From Thermoplasmata archaeon (lineage in GTDB: Archaea; Thermoplasmatota; Thermoplasmata; Halarchaeoplasmatales; Halarchaeoplasmataceae): 36,726 nucleotides of DNA. The position numbers and the translations under genes were made by a program. This document shows, piece after piece, positions 26,602 through 36,107 of the stretch; within the stretch, counting starts at the first letter, position 1; every line of letters starts with the position of its first letter. The DNA is taken from the NCBI GenBank assembly GCA_007129655.1, contig SKVC01000091.1, positions 1 through 36,726 of the forward strand, written 5' to 3'. The notes under the pieces are model-generated. The model was not told the DNA's origin, did no database searches, and saw only the letters and a program-made list of their open reading frames with translations.

Positions 26602-28385
26602 TCCACCGTCACGCTCTTAGCAAGGTTTCGGGGTTTATCTATAGAACAGTTCAGTTGGTAAGCGGTGTAATAGGCAAAAAGCTGCATGACCACATTTACA
26701 AGTACAGGTGAAAATAACGGTTGGATATCGGGTATGTATACTAACTCATCGCACAGTTTTTGCAATTCCATATCCTCCTCTGCAACTCCGATTATAGGGC
26801 TTTCACGTGCGGCTATCTCACCGATATTACCAATCATTTTTTCGTAGGTTTGATCTTTGACGCAAATTCCTATTACAGGTGTTTTTTTTGTAAGTAATGC
26901 AAAGGGACCGTGTTTAAGTTCACCTGCGGGGTAGCCGGCGGCATGGATGTATGCTATCTCTTTTAGCTTTAAAGCGCCTTCCAGAGCCACGGGATAATTT
27001 ATGTTACGCCCCACGAAGAATATATCTTCCGACTTTGCCAGTATGTTTTTAGATATTTCTTTGATATGGTCTGTATTGTTCAGTAATATCTCTACTTTAC
27101 GTGGTAGCCGACGAAGTTGATTGCGGAGTTCGTCGGCCTCTTCTACCAGCAATTTTTCTTTTTTCAGACCGAGCTGGATAGCGATTAAGTATAGGACTAT
27201 CAATTGGGTTGTAAATGTCTTTGTAGCTGCAACGCCTATCTCCGGGCCTGCATGCGTATATACGACTTCATCCACTTCACGAGTTATAGAGCTGTCCAAA
27301 ACATTGGTTATCGCTAGAGTTTTGCAGCCCCTCCGTCTCGCTTCCTTCGCAGCCGCTAGTGTATCTGCGGTTTCGCCGCTTTGGCTAATCAAGATGGTGA
27401 ATGGATAGATATCGGAGGGAGATGAATATCTGTATTCGGAGGCGAGGGCGGTCATACATGGAATCCCTGATATCTCTTCGATGATGTATTTCCCCACAAG
27501 ACCGGCATGATAGGATGTGCCGCATGAAATTATCTTGATCATGTCTATGTTATATTTTGAGAAATCAACGTCTTTAAACTCTCCCAGCCGTCCTAGGATC
27601 GAGTCGTGGATGGCCTTGGGCTGCTCATATATCTCTTTTAGCATAAAGTGATCGTATCCCCCCTTCTCCGCATCCTCTACGGTCCACGAAATTATCTTAG
27701 GCTCGCGAGTGACATTTGCACCTGTTTCATCCCAAAGTTCGATATCTTTATAAGATATTTTAGCTATATCTCCGTCCATTAAGTATATAACTTCATTCGT
27801 TCGGTCCAGTATTGCCGGTACGTCGGATGCAACCATGTTCTCGTCCGTACCAACACCGATAACCAAGGGGCTCTGATTACGGCAAGCTACCATGTAATCC
27901 TCGTCTTTGTGTATTGCTACAATTGCATACGAACCTCGAAGTTGTGAAATTGTCTTTTTAACCGCTTCCAGGAGATCGTTTTCGTAATGTGATTCGATTA
28001 GATGTGCTATGACTTCACTATCTGTTTGAGATTTAAATTCGTGACCTTCTTTTTCTAAGGACTCCTTTAAGGTTACGAAATTGTCGATTATTCCGTTATG
28101 CACTATTGCAATAGATTCATCACAATCGAAGAACGGATGAGAATTTTCGTCCGAGGGTTTTCCGTGGGTCGCCCATCTGGTATGACCGATGCCGGCGTTA
28201 CCTGCGATAATATTGTCCTGTTCGATCTCTTTGATACGACCTTTCTTTTTCTCTATGACTATGTTATTATCGTCTTTGATAGCTACGCCTGCAGAATCGT
28301 ATCCTCTATATTCTAAGCGTCTCATACCCTTCAATAGTATTTCGCCCGCCTTGGCATGTCCGATATAACCGACGATTCCACACAT
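26598..28385 (-). CDS. glmS: Glutamine--fructose-6-phosphate aminotransferase (isomerizing)
   Basis: MCGIVG, LEYRGYDSAG, GHTRWATHG, HNGII, SQSGETADT, EGALKLKE, GELKHGP, PRNLAKSVTVE. Confidence 0.97.
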   Translation of the reverse strand: MCGIVGYIGHAKAGEILLKGMRRLEYRGYDSAGVAIKDDNNIVIEKKKGRIKEIEQDNIIAGNAGIGHTRWATHGKPSDENSHPFFDCDESIAIVHNGIIDNFVTLKESLEKEGHEFKSQTDSEVIAHLIESHYENDLLEAVKKTISQLRGSYAIVAIHKDEDYMVACRNQSPLVIGVGTDENMVASDVPAILDRTNEVIYLMDGDIAKISYKDIELWDETGANVTREPKIISWTVEDAEKGGYDHFMLKEIYEQPKAIHDSILGRLGEFKDVDFSKYNIDMIKIISCGTSYHAGLVGKYIIEEISGIPCMTALASEYRYSSPSDIYPFTILISQSGETADTLAAAKEARRRGCKTLAITNVLDSSITREVDEVVYTHAGPEIGVAATKTFTTQLIVLYLIAIQLGLKKEKLLVEEADELRNQLRRLPRKVEILLNNTDHIKEISKNILAKSEDIFFVGRNINYPVALEGALKLKEIAYIHAAGYPAGELKHGPFALLTKKTPVIGICVKDQTYEKMIGNIGEIAARESPIIGVAEEDMELQKLCDELVYIPDIQPLFSPVLVNVVMQLFAYYTAYQLNCSIDKPRNLAKSVTVE

Positions 28386-28394
28386 CTTATTACC

Positions 28395-29585
28395 TCATAG
28401 TACCTTGGTGAAAGATGGAATATTATCTCTCACCATGGTTCCTGAACCGACGGTGCAAGTTGAACCAATGATTACTCCTTCTTTTACCGTTACACCGCTA
28501 CCTATTACTGTGTCTTCCGCTATCATGCACCCGATCCGTTCTATTGTTTTGATGTCGTTTCCTACTACTTTTTGTGCTTTATTTACATTGGATGAAAAAT
28601 TGCCGTTTATATGAACTCCATCTCCGATAACACTGCGCTCTACTATGGAATTCGGGCCGATCTCTACACCTTTCATCACCAGTGAATTTTTCACTATTGA
28701 AAAGGGCTGAACTCTAGTGTCGCTACCTATACTGGTTGAAGGAAGTATGCATGCATGTGGCCCTATTTCGCAGCCTTCACCGATGATGACCGGGCCTTCG
28801 ACATAGCTACCCCCCTTTATCTCTGCGCCTTCACCTATCCATACATTTCCTTTGATAACCACGCCTTTCTCGATGGTTCCTCCGGTATATTTTACTACCG
28901 AAGCCAAGGCTGTTGAATTAAGAGGTATAAGATCCCACGGGTGTACAGCGTCTATCCATGTGGATTCAGTGATAATTCCCTTTAAATCATGGTCTTCTAT
29001 CATCCGGTCTATTACCGTGGTCATATCGTAGACCTGGGAATCCATCATCTCCTCAATGTAATCGAATATGTTGGGTTCCAGGGCGTAGATCCCTGTGGAT
29101 ATTAGATGACTGGGACTCTTTTCCGGCTTTTCTATCACTTCGGAAACTAGACCGTTGTCCATCGAGATAACACCGTATTTAGACGGTTCTTCGCTGGTGG
29201 TTATCAAAACGGAATATCCGTCGCTTCCGTCCAAAAGATCTGAGATCGTATGCTTGGATATCACGTTGTCTCCGGGTAAGACGATGAATCTGTCCTTTAT
29301 CTTGCTCTTTGCCTGATACAGTGCGTGGGCGGTGCCCAGCTGTTTCTCTTCGTTAACGTATTCAATGTTCGCTCCGAACACATCCCCGTTCCCAAAATGA
29401 GACATTATGCTTCTGCGCTGGTATCCCACGACGATGACGATATCCGTTATACCGTTATCGACCAGAGATTCTACTATGAACTGAAGTATCGGTTTGTTAG
29501 CTACTGGGATCATCACCTTTGGTTCCGATGCTGTAAAGGGCCTGAGTCTTGTACCTTCCCCTGCAGCCAATATTACGGCTTTCAT
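28395..29585 (-). CDS. glmU: Archaeal bifunctional sugar-1-phosphate nucleotidylyltransferase/acetyltransferase (GlmU-like)
   Basis: ILAAGEGTRLRP.T...PK.M.PVANKP, LGTAHA, hexapeptide left-handed beta-helix repeats. Directly upstream of glmS. Confidence 0.85.
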   Translation of the reverse strand: MKAVILAAGEGTRLRPFTASEPKVMIPVANKPILQFIVESLVDNGITDIVIVVGYQRRSIMSHFGNGDVFGANIEYVNEEKQLGTAHALYQAKSKIKDRFIVLPGDNVISKHTISDLLDGSDGYSVLITTSEEPSKYGVISMDNGLVSEVIEKPEKSPSHLISTGIYALEPNIFDYIEEMMDSQVYDMTTVIDRMIEDHDLKGIITESTWIDAVHPWDLIPLNSTALASVVKYTGGTIEKGVVIKGNVWIGEGAEIKGGSYVEGPVIIGEGCEIGPHACILPSTSIGSDTRVQPFSIVKNSLVMKGVEIGPNSIVERSVIGDGVHINGNFSSNVNKAQKVVGNDIKTIERIGCMIAEDTVIGSGVTVKEGVIIGSTCTVGSGTMVRDNIPSFTKVL

Positions 29586-29625
29586 GCTGAAGTATCAGGG
29601 TATCGGGATATAAGGGTTTTGTTAT

Positions 29626-32475
29626 TCACTCGATGTAGATCGCCGGCTTGCCCGGTGCCGCTTTGTCCTTCCTGTTGGCCGGGTCGTAGACGTCTTCGGA
29701 AGCTAAGTGTACATTAACTTCGGCTTCGAATTCCCTTTCAATAAATGATTTATCCTCCTGGAGTATCTTCATCTCGTCGAGGGCCATAGCACTGACGGCA
29801 GCGGCTCTGTTCTTCTTGATGTCTTCCAGAACGGAGCGAAGGAAACCCGATAGTTTCTTCGGCGGTACGTCGAGCTCTTTTGAGAGTACGGCCATCAGGC
29901 CCATGCCTTTTTCCGTTTCCGTTAGGGCTTTTTTCAGAACCTCTTTTTTCCACGAGGGTGTTACGTATATGTGTATGGTATCGCCCTCTACATCAGCTAT
30001 GGAGAGTATGTTTCGGATATCGTCGAGCACGCTCCTCAAGTATTCCTCTCTACCTTCGGCTGCATCGGAGATCGCTTCCTGTCGTACTTCCGGTATCTGC
30101 TCTTCGGTAACATACTCTATATCCCACATCTCGCCGAGTTCATCGGCCATATGCGGAGTAAAGGGTGCCGTTAACTTGATCAGGGTCTCGCCGAGTCGGT
30201 CCAATAGAGCACTGTTTTCACCGCCCCTTTTGAAATACCATTCCAACTCCGCCGGGATATCGTAAAACACCACATTGGCGGCCTTGCGTATCTCGTGATC
30301 GTCCATGAAGGAAAATGCCTTTTCCAGTAAGCGGTTGAAACGTGATTCCAAGAAATCGTCCACGGATGATCCGCCACCGTCGGCGGATTTTATCCTGTTT
30401 ATCAAACGCCACATGAAACCGAGCCTTTTTCTGTAAGTGAATGCCTCTTTTTCGTCCCATTCTTTATCGACGAAAGGACTTGCCGAGTGTGCGTAATAAA
30501 GTCTCAGTGTGTCTATACCGAATCGATCGGCAACATCGGGGATCGGCTCCGCACCACCCTTTGATTTGGATATCTTACCTCCGGTCATGGTTAGATACCA
30601 GTTTACCAGTATCCCTCGAGGCCAGTGCTCTTCCTTTAATATCGAAACGTGATTCATCAGGAATACCGGAAAGTGTACCGTCATGTGCTCTTTACCCCCG
30701 AGATTAATATCTAGGGGATACCAGTACAGAAAATCGTTTCGTACCTTTTCCAGCACCTCTATGTCTATCCCTGTGGATTCCGATACTTGAGATATCTCTC
30801 CTTTACCTAAGTAAACAAAATCGAAGAATTCGACAGTCATCTGGTCTGCTTGAAATTTATCGTCGTTGTAATGCTTTGCAATGATGTAATAAGCAGGATA
30901 CAGCGTAGAATCGGCGATGGCTTCGATTATCCACCGTTTGTCCATGGGAAATCGGGTACCTATCCAGTTCCCCAGCCGTGCACAGGAACGGTCCTGGAAC
31001 CACTCTAAAGTATCCGGTAGTGTATTCGCGTAGGTCTCCGGCTTGATATTCATTTTCTTTGCGTGTGCCTTGCTCTTCTCAGTAAGTTCTTCGTCGGAAT
31101 ATCTTATGAACCACTGATCCGGTATCTTCCCCATCACAACATCGGTACCGCATCGGCAGATGACTTCCTCCGAAAGGTCGTAAAACATATCCGCCTCACC
31201 GGAGTCCAGCATATCGTCCTTTATGTTGTCCTTGGCCTCCTGAACCGGCATACCGGTGTATTCGCCGCTGATGTCCAGCATCTTTCCCTTGTGGAAGCCA
31301 GCACGATATATCTTCTGGGTAGCTTCCTCCAGCTTCTCAACTTCGTTCTGAGAGGTGATCCCCATCTCTTTGATTATGCTTTCAGCAGGATTGGTGCCAA
31401 ATCCTTCTGATTCGATTATCTCGATCGGTTCCACATCTTTAACGATATCTTCCAAACCGTACTTCTCCAGTAATCCATGATTATCCTTCAATTCCTTCAG
31501 TGCTATCCAGTCATAGGGGGCATCGCTGGGGACGCTGGTGACTATCCCGGAACCGACGTCGGGGTCGGTGAAATCTGCCGGTAATATGGGTATGTCTCGG
31601 TGTATCATGGGAGCCGTCGCTTTTTCGCCTATCATCTCCTCTCCCTTTATGTGATCAGTCACCTCTACATCGTCCATCTGGTAGAGTAACTTCTGTGCGG
31701 CGGCCTCGCTCATGATCCACTCTTCACCGGCCACTTCTACAACTGCGTAGTCCTCCTCCGGAGACACCCATAAGTTGGTCTGGCCGTACACGGTTTCCGG
31801 TCTTAGTGTAGCTGCGGTTATGTATCGGTTTCCGAATTTGAATTTGAGTAAAGTGTATTCCTGGATCTCGGCGTTACCGCCCTTGGACAGATCGGTTTCC
31901 GAAGGGTCGACGGCCACCGGGCCGCAGTTCTTGCAGACCGGTGCGTAATATGGTTTCTGTGTCAGTAAATCTTTTTCTTTAAGTTTTCTGAACTGCCATT
32001 GAATGAATTTAGAATAATCTTCTCTAGATGTATAAGTAAAATGATCCCAATTGATCTGTATACCAAAGTTCTTCCATTCCTTGATGTAGGATCGAGAAAA
32101 ATATTCGATGATACCGTCTGGATTATCCAAAAACAAAATATCTTCATCGGTGGCACCGTTTGCTTTGAGATAAGCTATGATATCAGGGTCGTCTTCCCTT
32201 ACACGTTTGGCCAAGCTGATCACCTGGTTACCCGTAGGGTGTGCCCCGGCTGGAAACAGTACGTTGTAGCCCCTCATCTTCTTGTACCTTGCGATAAAAT
32301 CAGTGTAACTGTAACATCTCATGTGACCCAGATGCAGAAAGCCTGAGATCCCGGGATACGCGAATATGATGTAAAAAGATTCACTGTCTTCGTCAGCCTC
32401 CGTTCGATAAAGTTTTGCCTCTTCCCATCTGCGCTGCCACTTGCTCTCGATAGTTCGGGGCTCATATTCTTCCAT
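29626..32475 (-). CDS. leuS: Leucine--tRNA ligase (archaeal type)
   Basis: AYPGISGFLHLGH (HIGH), ATLRPETVYGQTN, GSGIVTSVPSDAPYD (CP1 editing), KISKS (KMSKS), KAAPGKPAIYIE. ATG 32475 preferred: cgaaagacTTTAAA lies 30 nt upstream. Confidence 0.96.
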   Translation of the reverse strand: MEEYEPRTIESKWQRRWEEAKLYRTEADEDSESFYIIFAYPGISGFLHLGHMRCYSYTDFIARYKKMRGYNVLFPAGAHPTGNQVISLAKRVREDDPDIIAYLKANGATDEDILFLDNPDGIIEYFSRSYIKEWKNFGIQINWDHFTYTSREDYSKFIQWQFRKLKEKDLLTQKPYYAPVCKNCGPVAVDPSETDLSKGGNAEIQEYTLLKFKFGNRYITAATLRPETVYGQTNLWVSPEEDYAVVEVAGEEWIMSEAAAQKLLYQMDDVEVTDHIKGEEMIGEKATAPMIHRDIPILPADFTDPDVGSGIVTSVPSDAPYDWIALKELKDNHGLLEKYGLEDIVKDVEPIEIIESEGFGTNPAESIIKEMGITSQNEVEKLEEATQKIYRAGFHKGKMLDISGEYTGMPVQEAKDNIKDDMLDSGEADMFYDLSEEVICRCGTDVVMGKIPDQWFIRYSDEELTEKSKAHAKKMNIKPETYANTLPDTLEWFQDRSCARLGNWIGTRFPMDKRWIIEAIADSTLYPAYYIIAKHYNDDKFQADQMTVEFFDFVYLGKGEISQVSESTGIDIEVLEKVRNDFLYWYPLDINLGGKEHMTVHFPVFLMNHVSILKEEHWPRGILVNWYLTMTGGKISKSKGGAEPIPDVADRFGIDTLRLYYAHSASPFVDKEWDEKEAFTYRKRLGFMWRLINRIKSADGGGSSVDDFLESRFNRLLEKAFSFMDDHEIRKAANVVFYDIPAELEWYFKRGGENSALLDRLGETLIKLTAPFTPHMADELGEMWDIEYVTEEQIPEVRQEAISDAAEGREEYLRSVLDDIRNILSIADVEGDTIHIYVTPSWKKEVLKKALTETEKGMGLMAVLSKELDVPPKKLSGFLRSVLEDIKKNRAAAVSAMALDEMKILQEDKSFIEREFEAEVNVHLASEDVYDPANRKDKAAPGKPAIYIE

Positions 32476-32564
32476 GACGGATTGTAAGATTGAAGATGGT
32501 TTAAAGTCTTTCGAATTTTCCCGCAATATATTAATTGTTCGATGCCCATGTCCTCCCGATTAAG

Positions 32565-33230
32565 ATGATATCCAAACCGGTGATAATGGTCAATTACAAA
32601 ACGTACAACGAATCCGTAGGGAAGAGAGGGTTGGAATTGACTAAAAAGATAGAAAAGTATGCAACTGGCAACTGGACGGTATGCCCTCAAGCTGTCGAGC
32701 TGCGAGAAACGATAAAAAGTACCGGATTACCAGTATTCGCACAACATATCGATGCTGTCGAGCCCGGGAGCCATACCGGACACACACTCTTCGAAGCCGT
32801 GGTGGACGCCGGAGCTGTGGGTACACTGATCAATCACTCTGAAAATACTTTGGAACTTTGGGAGATCGAGATGCTCGTTTCCAAATGTAAAGGCGCCGGA
32901 TTGACCACCGTCGTGTGTGCAAACAATCCTTCTGCATCCGCTGCCGCCGCCGCTCTAGGACCGGATTTCGTCGCCTACGAGCCACCGGAACTCATCGGAG
33001 GGGACATATCTGTATCTACCGCAAAACCAGAACTCGTTGCCGAAGCGGTAAGGATGGTCAACGGTGTAAACACGGATGTAGGCGTCCTATGCGGTGCCGG
33101 TGTCAAAAACGGTGAGGACGTTAAGCGCGCACTGGAGCTGGGTACGGAAGGCGTACTGCTGGCATCTGGTTTGGTGAAGGCAAAAAATCTGGAAGCGGTA
33201 ATCGCAGACCTGGAATCCGGGCTGCTTTAG
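32565..33230 (+). CDS. tpiA: Triosephosphate isomerase (archaeal type)
   Basis: VNYKTY, AQHID, GSHTG, INHSE, AYEPPELIG, LCGAGV, GVLLASG. ATG 32565 preferred over TTG 32535. Confidence 0.96.
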   Translation: MISKPVIMVNYKTYNESVGKRGLELTKKIEKYATGNWTVCPQAVELRETIKSTGLPVFAQHIDAVEPGSHTGHTLFEAVVDAGAVGTLINHSENTLELWEIEMLVSKCKGAGLTTVVCANNPSASAAAAALGPDFVAYEPPELIGGDISVSTAKPELVAEAVRMVNGVNTDVGVLCGAGVKNGEDVKRALELGTEGVLLASGLVKAKNLEAVIADLESGLL

Positions 33231-34303
33231 TCGGAAGATAGAGCATCTTCCGGGCATACTTCCACACAGCAGTAGCAGCGTATACAATTCCACCAGCTTA
33301 TCTTAGGACCGTTTTTACCAATCTTTATAGCGTCTTCAGGGCAGATCTCCATGCATTTAGCGCATTTTGTACAAGAACCAGCTTCCAAAGACGGACGCTT
33401 AAGATACATATTGGCCAGTACTCCGCCCAGGGAATCCGGTACCCACCACGGCGTAGAGCCGCCGGAAGGATAATCGAGATTTTGTTCTATCTGAGAGGGG
33501 GTTAGGCCGGTGTATTCGATAATCTTGATAGCTTCCTTCTGAGCCTTTATGGTTGTTACCTTTTCCGGCGGTATACCCACCGATAGACAAGCGGCTATGT
33601 CCAGTTCGTATGCATCCTGTGATACCAGCACCATCCCTAATTCAACGGGATTGCCACCGGCGGGGCCCGAGCCCTCCATGGCCAGCACGCCGTCCATGAG
33701 TGATAATCTTGGCTTCACTGCATCGTGTATATCCAGTATCACCTTGGAGAATCGATCTATACCCCGGTACTTTCCATGAAATGCAGCCTTTGTCAGACCG
33801 GGAACAGCGCCGTACATATTCTTGACCGCTCCGGTATAAACCGTCAGTCCGTGGGTTTTGAGTTTAGGTAGATTGATCACTCCGTCGACTTCCTTGAATA
33901 CGGAGAGTACGGGAACCGATTTGAGTATTCGGCCTTCCGGTAGATTCACTCTGGATTCCGAAAGATCATAATTCAGTCTCGCTCCGGTTTCTTTTTCGAC
34001 CTCCAGCCATCCGGACTTTTCGTAAAATTTACGAAGTATACGAACGGAACTGGGGCCGCCCGGTGAATCCGCGATGATCACTTCCGCTCCTTGTTCTAGA
34101 ACTAACTCCACAACCGCACGGATAAAATCGGGATGTGTGGTAACCGCTTTCTCAGGTGGAGCGCCCTTGAGCAGATTGGGTTTTAACAATATCTTCTCAC
34201 CGGGTTTGACGAACTTGGATATGCCGCCGAGAGATTCTATACCCTCTCTGATCACCCTGTTAACTTCTTCGTAACCTTCGGTTTTACCTATATAAACTGC
34301 CAC
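33227..34303 (-). CDS. DUF362 domain protein with C-terminal 2x[4Fe-4S] ferredoxin domain
   Basis: LKPNLL, TTHP, NLPKLKTH, TGAVKNMYG, MEG.GP..G; CTKCAKCMEICP and CIRCYCCVEVCP. Confidence 0.9.
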   Translation of the reverse strand: MAVYIGKTEGYEEVNRVIREGIESLGGISKFVKPGEKILLKPNLLKGAPPEKAVTTHPDFIRAVVELVLEQGAEVIIADSPGGPSSVRILRKFYEKSGWLEVEKETGARLNYDLSESRVNLPEGRILKSVPVLSVFKEVDGVINLPKLKTHGLTVYTGAVKNMYGAVPGLTKAAFHGKYRGIDRFSKVILDIHDAVKPRLSLMDGVLAMEGSGPAGGNPVELGMVLVSQDAYELDIAACLSVGIPPEKVTTIKAQKEAIKIIEYTGLTPSQIEQNLDYPSGGSTPWWVPDSLGGVLANMYLKRPSLEAGSCTKCAKCMEICPEDAIKIGKNGPKISWWNCIRCYCCVEVCPEDALSSD

Positions 34304-34338
34304 GAAAAGGAATAGTCTGTTTGTGATAAATATTTACC

Positions 34339-34374
34339 GGAAAAGAAAGATAATTTTACATAACTTTCTTTTCC
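34339..34374. repeat. Perfect inverted repeat, 11-bp arms and 14-nt loop
   Basis: GGAAAAGAAAG (34339-34349) / CTTTCTTTTCC (34364-34374). Confidence 0.8.
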
Positions 34375-34387
34375 ACTGCTAGCTCAT

Positions 34388-34415
34388 AAGAAAAATATGT
34401 TTTCATATTTTTCTT
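34388..34415. repeat. Perfect inverted repeat, 12-bp arms and 4-nt loop (possible terminator or operator)
   Basis: AAGAAAAATATG (34388-34399) TTTT CATATTTTTCTT (34404-34415). Confidence 0.85.
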
Positions 34416-34431
34416 GATCGCTATTTGTGGG

Positions 34432-35226
34432 TTAGAGGTATCCACGCATCTCCATCACTATCTTGATACGCTCGGCCATCAGCTCGGCCCCTAGCTTCCA
34501 CAGCTCTCTGCCTTTCTCCGCAGTGGCTTTGGACGGGTCCCCCAGTACGCCTACAGAAGACAGTTCGTGGGTATCCCATGCAAATTGGAAGTTCGGTTTG
34601 TGGTCGAATGACATGGAAGGATGTGGAAAGTTCATCTCGAGTTCCGGGATGGCGTCGGTATCAACAAGCTCTTTACGGTTGGCTAGAGATGTAGAAGTTT
34701 CGTATTCGCCTGCATGCACGTCATTCTCTGTTTTTACCAGCTCTTTTTTACCCGGCTCCATACTATCGCCGGAGTCGATGAAAACCAGTAGTCCTGTCTC
34801 TTTTTTCAGCTTACGGGCTACCACATTCAACACAGAGGTATTGCCTCCGTGACCGTTACTGATGAAGAGCTTCTGGAAGCCGTGGGTTGCTACGGAACGT
34901 CCGATATCCATGATGACCGCCTCCAATGTTTCCGGTCGAAGTGTGACAGTCCCGGGAAACGACATGTGATGGTCACTCACGCCGTAGGCAACAGTGGGAA
35001 GTATCGGTGGTTTCGGACAATCTAACAGTTTTACCGCTTCTTCGAGTATGTATTTAGCATCGTAAGAATCCGTGTCTAAAGGTAGGTGCGGCCCGTGCTG
35101 TTCGAGGCTACCTACCGGCAGCAGTGCTACATCGACGTATCGTGAGAGGCATAGTAAATTTTCTCTGGTCAATTCGCCCCAGTGTATCACCGGTTCGTCC
35201 AAAAATGTTTTCTCTTTTTCTTCCAT
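34432..35226 (-). CDS. Creatininase family (creatinine amidohydrolase / ArfB / MftE-like) metallo-amidohydrolase
   Basis: LPVGSLEQHGPHLPLDTD, YGVS.HH..FPGT, NGHGGN, HAGEYETS, GVLGDP..ATAEKG. ATG 35226 chosen to avoid overlap with the upstream gene. Confidence 0.9.
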   Translation of the reverse strand: MEEKEKTFLDEPVIHWGELTRENLLCLSRYVDVALLPVGSLEQHGPHLPLDTDSYDAKYILEEAVKLLDCPKPPILPTVAYGVSDHHMSFPGTVTLRPETLEAVIMDIGRSVATHGFQKLFISNGHGGNTSVLNVVARKLKKETGLLVFIDSGDSMEPGKKELVKTENDVHAGEYETSTSLANRKELVDTDAIPELEMNFPHPSMSFDHKPNFQFAWDTHELSSVGVLGDPSKATAEKGRELWKLGAELMAERIKIVMEMRGYL

Positions 35227-35261
35227 AGAAGGGTAAAGTACGTGGCAGTTTTTACATTTTT

Positions 35262-36107
35262 TCACTGTTTTTTGTTGCATATATCCATGGCTGCTGCCAG
35301 ACCGGTACCCCATGCCAGGGATGCATGTCTGTAACCGCCGAGAACCAGGGAGCCCACTAAATATAGTCTGTCTACATCGGTACTGCCTGAAGGGAATTTT
35401 ACATCGCCATATGAGAAGTCCATAGGTGGTACGCAGGGCTCACGTCCTATGGCCACTACGACCGTATCGCACTTTAAGATCTCTTCCCCAAAATTCAACT
35501 TATAGCCTCTTTCTTCAACTTCCCAGTCCTTCAGTTCCCCGTTCAGTACACGTATATCCTGCCGTTTTACTTCGTCGATCAGCGTTTGAAGTGCTTTCGG
35601 TTCGCCCCTCTGCAGAATCACGGACTCACCACCGAGTTCGTTTATCCGAAGAGCATAATCGTAGGCTGCATCTCCGCCGCCCACCACGCCAACGGTTTCG
35701 TATGTATGATCGCGCCATTCGGGATGATATTTTTCATCCGGAATACCCAGTCCTCTCGGTTTGGTGCCGGTGGCCAGTACCAGATTATTCGAGCTGACCA
35801 CACTGCCGTCCTTCATGACAGATTCGAAGCTGTTCTTCTTCTCAGATATTTCAGTTACTTCGTCTTTTAGCACCGTTAAATCGTGATCGCTGATTATATC
35901 GGTTAGCTCTTCAACAGCTTCTCTGCCACTCATATCACGCAAGCCGGGAAAGTTCTCGATACGGTTCGCCTGGTAGAGCAACCCGCCCGGTCGATCTCTC
36001 TCTATCAACAGTACATCCTCTATCCCTTGGCGTATGCACTGCTGTGCACATGCTATTCCCGCCGGACCGGCGCCTATGATCGCAACCTCTGCTCTACGTT
36101 TTTGCAT
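35262..36107 (-). CDS. NAD(P)/FAD-dependent oxidoreductase, thioredoxin-reductase-like fold but lacking CxxC
   Basis: IIGAGPAG, IENFPG, LATGT.P, VVGGGDAAYD.A, VAIGR.P. ATG 36107 has GGAG upstream. Confidence 0.85.
   Translation of the reverse strand: MQKRRAEVAIIGAGPAGIACAQQCIRQGIEDVLLIERDRPGGLLYQANRIENFPGLRDMSGREAVEELTDIISDHDLTVLKDEVTEISEKKNSFESVMKDGSVVSSNNLVLATGTKPRGLGIPDEKYHPEWRDHTYETVGVVGGGDAAYDYALRINELGGESVILQRGEPKALQTLIDEVKRQDIRVLNGELKDWEVEERGYKLNFGEEILKCDTVVVAIGREPCVPPMDFSYGDVKFPSGSTDVDRLYLVGSLVLGGYRHASLAWGTGLAAAMDICNKKQ

Noticed and set aside
34294..35251. 11-bp inverted repeat AAACTGCCACG / CGTGGCAGTTT flanking the creatininase gene (possible invertible or mobile cassette)
   Set aside because: One 11-mer inverted match within ~1 kb is near chance expectation; the left copy overlaps the DUF362 start codon; no recombinase, transposase or target duplication seen.
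35227..35313. N-terminal extension of creatininase containing CKNCH (CxxCH, haem-c-like)
   Set aside because: Lies upstream of the more plausible ATG 35226, would need a start inside the oxidoreductase 3' end, and has no export signal; likely fortuitous.
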